Assembly (NCBI GenBank): GCA_963717945.1
Contig: CAVQXT010000007.1
Coordinates: forward strand, 1,006,808 to 1,070,807
Source of the DNA: an uncultured Acidobacteriota bacterium
GTDB taxonomy: Bacteria; Acidobacteriota; Vicinamibacteria; Vicinamibacterales; Fen-181
Direction of reading: 5' to 3'
Length of the DNA stretch: 64,000 nucleotides
In this document: positions 8,880 to 16,493 of the stretch, piece by piece
Layout: each line of letters begins with the position of its first letter
Position numbering within the stretch: position 1 is the first letter of the stretch
The notes under the pieces: generated by a model
Database searches by the model: none
Seen by the model: only the letters and a program-made list of their open reading frames with translations
Told to the model about the DNA's origin: nothing
Translations under genes and position numbers: made by a program

Positions 8880-11533
8880 ACATTCCGGTGCTCTCGCGGG
8901 CCTGGACGGAGGTACGGACGCGACTCGCCCCTCGGGCCGGTCTGTCGCGGCCAGCCGTGCCGTTTCAGGTGATCGTGGGCGCGACGGCCTGGACGGTGAA
9001 CGGCGTGAACGTCTTCTCCGCCAATCTCGTCCGGGGCCTCGCCGCACGAGGCGTGTCGGCGCACATCTTGTTGACGGAGGACGCGACCGAGCTGGCGCAG
9101 ACGCACGAGCAGGCGATGCCCCGCCCGAACGGCGTCCGCTTCGAGTCGATCCCGGTCGGCCGCGCCGCGAACTGGGGCAGGCATTGGGGAGGCATGGTGC
9201 GGTATCTCGAGCAATCCGCCCCGTGCGTCTACGTGCCGAACAGCGACTGGCGCCATTCGCTCGTGTCGCCGCGGCTCGGCCACGACGTGGTCGTCGTGGG
9301 CATCGTCCACAGCGACGACCCGATGCACTACGATCACGTGCGCCGCGTCGGGCGCTCCTGGAATGCCGTCGTGGCGGTCAGCGACACGGTGGCGCGGAAG
9401 ACCGTTGAAACGTGCCCGGACCTCGCCGGTCGCATCACGACCATTCCGATCGGCGTCCGGATTCCGGCGTCGCGGCCGCCGCGGCCACCGGCGAGCGATC
9501 GTCTCCGGGTCATCTACCACGGCATCCTGAAGCAGCATCAGAAACGGGTGCTGGACCTACCCCGCATCGTCCGGGCGGCGCGCGATCTCGGCGTGCCGAT
9601 CGAGCTGACGATCGCCGGGGCCGGTCCGGACGAATCCACGCTCAGGCGGGCCGCCGAGCCGCTGGTCTCGGAGGGCGCCATCCGCTTCCTTGGCGTCGTG
9701 TCACACGATGACATGCCGGCCGTTCTCGAATCCCACGACGTCTACCTGCTCGCGTCGGAGTTCGAGGGCATGCCCAACGCGTTGATTGAGGCCATGGGGT
9801 GCGGGCTGGTCCCGGTCGTGTCCCGCACGACGAGCGGCATCCCCGAACTCGTTCGCGATGGCCGGAACGGCTTCGTGGTGCCGATCGGAGACGCGGGCGC
9901 GTACGCCGATCGTTTGCGTACGCTCTGGCGTCATCCCTTTCGGCGCAGGCGAATGGCCGCGCGAGCGTACCGGACGGTTTCGAAGGGCCACTTTGGCGTC
10001 GAGGACATGGTCACGTCCTATCTCGAGGTCTTCGATCGCGCGTGGGGCGACGCCAGTGCCGGGCGCTTCGTGCGACCGAGGGGTCCGCTCTCTCCGCTTC
10101 CCGCCGAGGTCGCCGGAGTGAGCGTGTTTCCGGTCGACACCCCGCACGTCGTGCCGGACCTGGGCGCGTTTCCGTCGCTCGAGGACGCGGAGGATTACGA
10201 CGACGAGATTCGGACGCTGGCGAGGAACGCCGCGCGGCGGCGTCTTGTCCCTTCCAGGCGTGCTCCGGCATCGCTCGAGGACGTTCGCGTGATCGTCGCG
10301 TCGCCGGTCTGGACGCACAACGGCGTCAACCTGTGGTCTGAGGAGCTGGTGCGGGGGCTTCGAGGCGCGCGGGTCGATGCCCGGGTCCTGCTGACGGAGG
10401 AATCGACCCGCCTGGTGACGATCGACGAGCCGAGGATGGCGAGGCCGGCGGACGTCCCGGTCGAAGAACTGCAGGTGGCCGGCGCCGACAACTGGGGCGC
10501 CCGATGGGGAGCGATGGTCCGCACCCTGGAAGCCGCCGCCCCCTGCATCTACATTCCGAATTACGACTGGCGGCACTCCTGCGTGGTGCCGGCGCTCTCG
10601 GGACGCGTCGCGGTCGTCGGTCTCCTGCACGACGACGGCCCTCTCTATGCCGAGCACGCCTCGCGGCTCGGCGATTACTGGAATGCCGTGGTCGCGACGA
10701 GCCGACAAACCGCGCGCCACCTCCGCCAGGTGTCGCCCCGGTTGAGCGATCGGATGTGCACGATTCCGCACGGCGTCCGTGTGCCGGCCGAACTCGGCGA
10801 GCGGGCATGGGGCGAGGCCGGCGGAACGCTCCTGATCCCGCCGGAGACGTGTGGCGGGAGCGTGCTGTCGTTCATCCGGGCGATCGTCGAGTCGGGCAGA
10901 GGCTGGTCGCTCGTCGCCGTCGATCCGCCCGAGGCCGATCGGGAGTGGCTGGCGGCGGCGGGCGTGCGCCTGGTGATCCGCCCGGGCCGGCTGGCATGGC
11001 TGGAGTTGTGCGCGTCGAGCCACGTTGTCGTCTCTGCGGGGGGTGACCCGGGGGCGAGGCCGCCAGTCGTCGAAGCGATGGCCCATGGATGCGTGCCCGT
11101 CACGGTTGGGTCCGCGTCGGGGGACACCACCGCGAGCAGACGCCTGCGCGACACCGGCATCACCGTTCCGGACGGCCGGTGGCACGACGCGGTTGGACGC
11201 CTGCAAGCACTGGGGCAGGATGCCGACAAGTGGAAGGAGATGGCGGCGGCCGCGCACCGCACGGCTCGCGAGATCGCGTTTGGCTCGGACCAGATGACCG
11301 CCGCGTATCTCGAGCTCTTCCGGCAGGTCATCGCGGACGCCAATTCCGGCTTCTTCGCGCGTCGCCGGGGAGCGGTGCTTCCGCCGCCGGCGGCGGTTGG
11401 CGGCACCAGCGTCTTCCCCGTTCCGTTGACGCACGCGACCGAGGGGGGCGCCTTCCCCTCGGCTGAGGACGAGGCCAGCTATCGGGCGGAGCTGGCCGGA
11501 GGCGGTGAACCTGCGGTTCTGGGACTCCCGTGA
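8876..11533 (+). CDS. Tandem-duplicated double GT4-like glycosyltransferase (~885 aa)
   Basis: GTG 8876 (GTGA overlap) within ORF 7724..11533. Two homologous ~430-aa modules. The first has SEFEGMPNALIEAMGCG (EX7E). The second has a degenerate motif (GGDPGARPPVVEAMAHG). Confidence 0.8.
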   Translation: MNIPVLSRAWTEVRTRLAPRAGLSRPAVPFQVIVGATAWTVNGVNVFSANLVRGLAARGVSAHILLTEDATELAQTHEQAMPRPNGVRFESIPVGRAANWGRHWGGMVRYLEQSAPCVYVPNSDWRHSLVSPRLGHDVVVVGIVHSDDPMHYDHVRRVGRSWNAVVAVSDTVARKTVETCPDLAGRITTIPIGVRIPASRPPRPPASDRLRVIYHGILKQHQKRVLDLPRIVRAARDLGVPIELTIAGAGPDESTLRRAAEPLVSEGAIRFLGVVSHDDMPAVLESHDVYLLASEFEGMPNALIEAMGCGLVPVVSRTTSGIPELVRDGRNGFVVPIGDAGAYADRLRTLWRHPFRRRRMAARAYRTVSKGHFGVEDMVTSYLEVFDRAWGDASAGRFVRPRGPLSPLPAEVAGVSVFPVDTPHVVPDLGAFPSLEDAEDYDDEIRTLARNAARRRLVPSRRAPASLEDVRVIVASPVWTHNGVNLWSEELVRGLRGARVDARVLLTEESTRLVTIDEPRMARPADVPVEELQVAGADNWGARWGAMVRTLEAAAPCIYIPNYDWRHSCVVPALSGRVAVVGLLHDDGPLYAEHASRLGDYWNAVVATSRQTARHLRQVSPRLSDRMCTIPHGVRVPAELGERAWGEAGGTLLIPPETCGGSVLSFIRAIVESGRGWSLVAVDPPEADREWLAAAGVRLVIRPGRLAWLELCASSHVVVSAGGDPGARPPVVEAMAHGCVPVTVGSASGDTTASRRLRDTGITVPDGRWHDAVGRLQALGQDADKWKEMAAAAHRTAREIAFGSDQMTAAYLELFRQVIADANSGFFARRRGAVLPPPAAVGGTSVFPVPLTHATEGGAFPSAEDEASYRAELAGGGEPAVLGLP

Positions 11534-11584
11534 CCAACGCAGACGATCGGCAACGCTCGCTCCTCCTCGCCCCGCAACGACGCC

Positions 11585-12361
11585 GTGGCCGCGATCCGTC
11601 GGTACTGGTATCCGTCGCTGGCGCTCGCCCGGCGCGAGGTGCGGAAGCGGTACGCCTCGTCGGTGCTGGGCGTGGCGTGGACGGTTCTCCAGCCGCTCAT
11701 CCTCCTCGCCATCTACGTCTTCGTGTTCGGCTTCGTGCTCAGCGTCTCGCACCCCGCGGACGACGGCCGCGGGTTCGTGTTGTTCCTTCTGAGCGGCATG
11801 CTGCCGTATCTCGCGGCCGCCGATGGCATTCAGCGCGCCAGCCTGTCGCTGCGCGAAGACCGCGCGCTGGTCGAGCGCGACACGTTCCCCGCGCAGGTCA
11901 TTCCCGTCTCGAGGGTGCTCAGCGCGGCGGTGGGCGAAGTGGTGGGGCTCGGCCTGCTGATTGCGCTGGCGATCGCGTTCGGCAGACCCGTGAGCGTCTG
12001 GATTCTCGTCCTGCCGATCCTGGTCGTGCTCCGCGTGGTCATGACGTGCGGCATCGCGTGGATCGTCAGCATGCTGGCCGTCTTCGTCTCCGATCTGAAC
12101 GAGGCGCTCTCGCTGCTCCTGACGGCGTGGCTGTTCCTGACGCCGATCTTCTACCCCGAGGAGGCGGTGCCCCGGGTGCTTCGCTGGCTGCTGCTGGTCA
12201 ACCCGTTGCATCATGTCGTCCGCGCGTACCGGAGCGTGCTGCTCGAGGGGCGGGCGCCCGTGCCTGACGCGGGATACGTCGTGCTGTGGGCGGTCGGGCT
12301 GTCGGCGGTCGGCGCGTGGTTCTTCCGGAAGGCGCTGGACCGGGGAAAGGACTTTCTCTAA
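11585..12361 (+). CDS. wzm: ABC-2 type polysaccharide export permease (Wzm)
   Basis: ORF 11585..12361 reads LARREVRKRYASSVLGVAWTVLQPLILLAIYVFVFG, followed by six TM segments. Confidence 0.85.
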   Translation: MAAIRRYWYPSLALARREVRKRYASSVLGVAWTVLQPLILLAIYVFVFGFVLSVSHPADDGRGFVLFLLSGMLPYLAAADGIQRASLSLREDRALVERDTFPAQVIPVSRVLSAAVGEVVGLGLLIALAIAFGRPVSVWILVLPILVVLRVVMTCGIAWIVSMLAVFVSDLNEALSLLLTAWLFLTPIFYPEEAVPRVLRWLLLVNPLHHVVRAYRSVLLEGRAPVPDAGYVVLWAVGLSAVGAWFFRKALDRGKDFL

Positions 12362-12365
12362 ATCG

Positions 12366-13547
12366 ATGATCAGCATACGGGCGCAGGGACTCGGCAAGGC
12401 GTATCGCATTTACAAGCGGCCCTTCGACAGCTTGAAGGAACTGGTGCTCCGCCGCGAGTACTCCGAGACGTTCTGGGCGCTGCGCGACGTGTCGCTGGAA
12501 GTCGCCAGGGGCGGGTCGCTCGGCATCATCGGCGACAACGGCGCCGGCAAGTCCACGCTCCTCAAGCTGCTCGCCGGGGCGACGGCGCCGAGCGCGGGGC
12601 AGGCCGAGCGCAGCGGCCGGGTCTCGGCCATTCTCAGTCTCGGCGCGGGCTTCCACCCGGATCTGTCGGGCATCGAGAACATCCGGATCGGCTGCGCGAT
12701 TCTGGGGCTCTCGCCGGCAGAGACCGAGGTGCACCTGGCGGAGATCGTGGAGTTCTCCGAGCTGGGTTCGTTCGTGGAGCGCCCGGTGAGGACGTACTCC
12801 TCGGGCATGTACCTGCGGCTCGGCTTCTCGGTCGCCACCGCCGTGGCGCCACAGATTCTGATCGTTGACGAGCATCTCTCCGTCGGTGACCAGCACTTCA
12901 GACGCAAGTGCATGCGCCGCATCATGGCGTTGCGGGAGGCCGGCTGCACGCTCGTGTTCTGCTCGCACGACCTGCACGCGGTCCGGGAGGTGTGCGACCG
13001 CACGTTGTGGCTCCAGGCCGGCCGGCCGGCGATCCTGGCCGCCACGTCTTCGGCGATCGAAGCCTACCAGGATCACATCCGGGCCCGTGATGCGGAAGTC
13101 GAGGGGCCGGTCGGGAACCAGGAAGCGCCGCGCGACCACCCCGCGGACAACTACCTGACCGACGTGGCGCTTGGCGGCGACTGCCGGGACGGCCAGGTCG
13201 AGACAGGCGGAAAGCTCGAACTCCGGATTCTCGCGCGGCTGTCGCAAGCGGTATACCGCGACGGGGTCCACGTTGGATTGATCCTCGTCCGAAAGGACGC
13301 CGTCTGGTGCTATGGCGTCGCGACGAAGTGGGATGGCCTGTCTTCTGGATTGTACCCGAGGGGAGGCGATGACTATGGCGTGCGCTTCGTGGTGGATGCG
13401 CTGCCGTTACTGTCAGGTCAATACAGCTTTATCGTTGCGCTGATGGACGATCGCAGTCCGCACCTGTACGACACCTGGTCCAACGTCGCGGCCGTTCACG
13501 GTACAGCACGGCGGCAAGGAGGTCGGTGTCATGCGGATACCCCATAG
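12366..13547 (+). CDS. wzt: Polysaccharide ABC exporter ATPase (Wzt) with C-terminal glycan-binding domain; its true end is probably 13566 after a +1 frame break near 13494-13503
   Basis: ATG 12366 within ORF 12213..13547. Walker A GDNGAGKST, signature YSSGMYLRLGF, Walker B ILIVDE. The C-terminal ~150 aa are Wzt_C-like. See the finding for the frame break. Confidence 0.85.
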   Translation: MISIRAQGLGKAYRIYKRPFDSLKELVLRREYSETFWALRDVSLEVARGGSLGIIGDNGAGKSTLLKLLAGATAPSAGQAERSGRVSAILSLGAGFHPDLSGIENIRIGCAILGLSPAETEVHLAEIVEFSELGSFVERPVRTYSSGMYLRLGFSVATAVAPQILIVDEHLSVGDQHFRRKCMRRIMALREAGCTLVFCSHDLHAVREVCDRTLWLQAGRPAILAATSSAIEAYQDHIRARDAEVEGPVGNQEAPRDHPADNYLTDVALGGDCRDGQVETGGKLELRILARLSQAVYRDGVHVGLILVRKDAVWCYGVATKWDGLSSGLYPRGGDDYGVRFVVDALPLLSGQYSFIVALMDDRSPHLYDTWSNVAAVHGTARRQGGRCHADTP

Positions 13548-13562
13548 ATGGGATCGCCCGGA

Positions 13563-14738
13563 ATGACGTTCACACCTGGCGATGGAGGGTGTCGACCCTA
13601 TGACATCGTTATTGTCGGGACCGGCCCCGCCGGGTCGGCATTCGCCCGGTCAGTGAGGCGGGCAGCCCCGCACCTCCGGATCCTCGCGATTGAGGAGAAC
13701 CCCCATCCCAGAGACAAGGTCTGCGGCGGCGCGCTGACCTACCGTGCCTTGCCGCTCGTGCGGACGCTCTTTCCAGAGGTCGGCTCCATTCCCACGACGA
13801 GCTTCACCAGGGAGTATCGGCTCTGCTTCCCCAACGGTCGGAGCGTTGCTCGAGGCGACGGCGAGTTCGCCGTCGTCTGTCGGCGCGTGTTCGATGAGGC
13901 CCTGTGGAATGCGGCGCGATCGGATGGCGTGGAGACGCTCGAGGATGCTCGCGTCACCGGGCTGCTGCGGAGCGCCGGACGGGTCACCGGCGTCTGCGTG
14001 GAGCGGCGGTCGGCACGTTGGAACGTCGAGTGCAGGATGGTCGTGGGAGCGGACGGGTCGACGAGCGTCGTGCGACGGTGCACGGGGAGCGGACCATCAC
14101 GCAGCCGAGGAGCAGCCGTCCGACAGTTCATGCGTGGCGTCGAGCCGGCGGCCCGGGCACTTGTGTTCCTCGTCGATCCGGGGTGTCATGGGTATCTCTG
14201 GATCTTCCCCTTCGAGTCGGAGGGGGAGCGGTGGGCCAACGTCGGGTACTTCTGCCATACCGGGCGAGGCGTGGACCCTCGAGGGCGGTATGCGTCGATG
14301 CGGCAACATGCGGTTGCGAGACGATACTTGACTGGCGCGACCGAGGTCACGCCGCTGGAGGGCTTTCCTCTGAACCTGGCCCGAACGCACCGGGGCCGAC
14401 TTGTGCTCGATCGGCGGGTCACCGGCCCCGGGTACGTGCTCGTCGGCGACGCGGCAGGATTGGCGCATCCCGATACAGGCGAGGGAATCGCGTTTGCCTT
14501 GCACTCGGGGAGGATCGCCGGCGAGCTGGCGGCGGAGTCGCTCGACGCGGCCACGTGGGGACCGGCGTACGAACGTCTGGCTGTCCGATTCGCCCAGGAC
14601 GCAGATCCTACGGGGTTGCTGTCGTTCGTGTTCCGAGTCCCGGGCGCGTTGCCCCCCCTGGCCAGGGACTTGTATATGCGTCTGTTGCCATGGTGGCTGA
14701 ACAGGCGGCAAGGAGAGCGCGCGGCATGGCCAGCCTGA
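13563..14738 (+). CDS. FAD-dependent oxidoreductase, geranylgeranyl-reductase family
   Basis: ORF 13548..14738. YDIVIVGTGPAGSAF (dinucleotide fold) and RDKVCGGAL. Start is ATG 13548 or ATG 13563; the latter makes an ATGA overlap with the frame-corrected wzt stop. Confidence 0.75.
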   Translation: MTFTPGDGGCRPYDIVIVGTGPAGSAFARSVRRAAPHLRILAIEENPHPRDKVCGGALTYRALPLVRTLFPEVGSIPTTSFTREYRLCFPNGRSVARGDGEFAVVCRRVFDEALWNAARSDGVETLEDARVTGLLRSAGRVTGVCVERRSARWNVECRMVVGADGSTSVVRRCTGSGPSRSRGAAVRQFMRGVEPAARALVFLVDPGCHGYLWIFPFESEGERWANVGYFCHTGRGVDPRGRYASMRQHAVARRYLTGATEVTPLEGFPLNLARTHRGRLVLDRRVTGPGYVLVGDAAGLAHPDTGEGIAFALHSGRIAGELAAESLDAATWGPAYERLAVRFAQDADPTGLLSFVFRVPGALPPLARDLYMRLLPWWLNRRQGERAAWPA

Positions 14739-16340
14739 GCAAAGAGCTTATCGAAGAGTACAACCGGACCCGTGGCGAGGACGTCGATCGGAGCGTCCTC
14801 TGCCACGCGCCGTTCACGAGCATGAACTTCGAGCAGACGGGCAAGGCCAGCGCCTGCTGCTACAACAGGACCCACGTCTTCGGCGAGTATCCCAGGGACA
14901 GCGTCGAGCAGATGTGGTTCGGCGCGGCGGCGGAACAGCTCCGGAACGACATCCGCCAGGACAGTCTCGAGGGCGGCTGCAGCATGTGCAAGCGGCAGCT
15001 CGAGAGCGGCAACCTCGCCGGCTGCAAGGCCAGGATCTACGACCAGTACGCTCAGGGAACGCCGGAGCAGGGAAGCAGAGTCCTCACGTTGCCATCGCCC
15101 GCGCGGGCCGTTGCGATGCCCAGGGTGATGGAGTTCGAACTCGAGAATACCTGCAACCTCCAGTGCATCATGTGCGACGGGTTCTTTTCCTCGGCGATTC
15201 GCAGACACCGCGAGAAGCAACCGCCTCAGCACAGGCCGTACGACGCCGATTTCGTGAAGCAGCTCGCGGAGTTCATGCCGCATCTCGAGGAGATGAAGTT
15301 TCTCGGCGGCGAGCCGTTCATGATCGGGATCTACTACGACATCTGGGAGCAGGTGGCGCGCGTCAACCCCGGCGTGAAGATCCACATCACGACGAACGCG
15401 ACCACGCTCAACCCGCGCACGAAGACGCTGCTCGAGAAGATGAGGGGGGCGGGGTTGAGGTGTACCTTCTGCGTCTCGATCGACTCGGTGCGGAAGGAGA
15501 CCTACGAGGCGATCCGGGTTGGCGCCTGCTACGAACAGGTGATGGAGAACATCGCGTGGCTCTCGGACTACGCGATGAAGCGGAACGCCTCTCTCGGCTT
15601 CGCCGTCTGCCCGATGGCCATCAATCGGTTCGAGATGCCAGACCTCGTAAGGTTCGCGAGCGAGAGGGGCATCGTCGTGACCTACAACACGGTGCTGAAG
15701 CCGCCCGAGCAGGCGTTGCGCTTCCTGAACCATGAGGAACTCGATGAGCTGATCGCGAACTACGAGAGCCGCATGCCAACACACGGCTCACCGATCGGCA
15801 AGATCAACCTCGACTACTTCACGGGCTACGTGAACCAGGTGAGGGCGTGGAGGGACGAAATCGAGAAACCCAGTGATCAGATGGCCGAGCTCAGGCGCAT
15901 CGACCCGTCATCCCGCCCGCAGGCGCCGGAACTGACGCGGAAGATCCTGCTGGCCAGCATCATCGGAGCCGGCGGCCGGCGGGACCGGCTGCCGCCGGAC
16001 CCCGAACTGGACGGTGTGACGCCGGAAGACTTCCGGGGCTACCTCTGCGCGAAGCTCTCCGAGACTGCGCCGGAGCAGTTCTGGGACGCCTACCTCGCCT
16101 GCCTCGACTGGGTCGCTTCGGAATGCCTGCCGCCGGCCGAGTACCGAGGAGTTTCGGCGCAAGTGGGACGCGCTCCTGAAGATCGCGGTGGGCCTCGTCG
16201 CGAGCGCGAAACTCGCAATACTCTCAGACCTGCTCCGGGGCGATGTGGTCGCGCACCTGCGTTTCATTCTGGCCACGGACATCGCCGTCATCGTGGGGGG
16301 ACTTCATCGGTACGAGAAGTCACCCGCGTCTCACCCCTGA
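14726..16340 (+). CDS. Radical SAM enzyme with an N-terminal SPASM-like Cys cluster; apparent +1 frame break at ~16145
   Basis: ATG 14726 (RBS AGGAGAG) inside ORF 13904..16987. CNLQCIMC (CX3CX2C). The N-terminal region is LCHAPFTSMNFEQTGKASACCYN...GGCSMCKRQ. After 16145 the called frame turns R/G/P-rich, while the +1 frame gives EEFRRKWDALLKIAVGLVASAKLAILSDLL... and stops at 16338-16340. Confidence 0.75.
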
Positions 16341-16493
16341 TCAAACCCCGCACCGGCTACGGACCGCGCAGAACGCGACAGTTGCGTGCAGCCGGCCGGA
16401 CACGAGGGAGTGTAGTATCAGCAGCACGTCGAACGGGCCGGAACCGGACCACGCGTTCCGACCCGGTACCGTTCACGTCGAGGCGGCTGAGAT

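Noticed and set aside
9701-12409. 902-aa minus-strand ORF, and similar long antisense ORFs (2406..3962 upstream part, 4462..5574, 5623..7593, 7590..9047, 14186..15784, 31262..32578, 40299..41933, 44470..46548, 47911..49071, 49071..50228)
   Set aside because: All are Arg/Pro/Gly/His-rich with no recognisable motifs. They lie antisense to ORFs with clear family signatures, which is the typical open-frame artefact of very GC-rich DNA.
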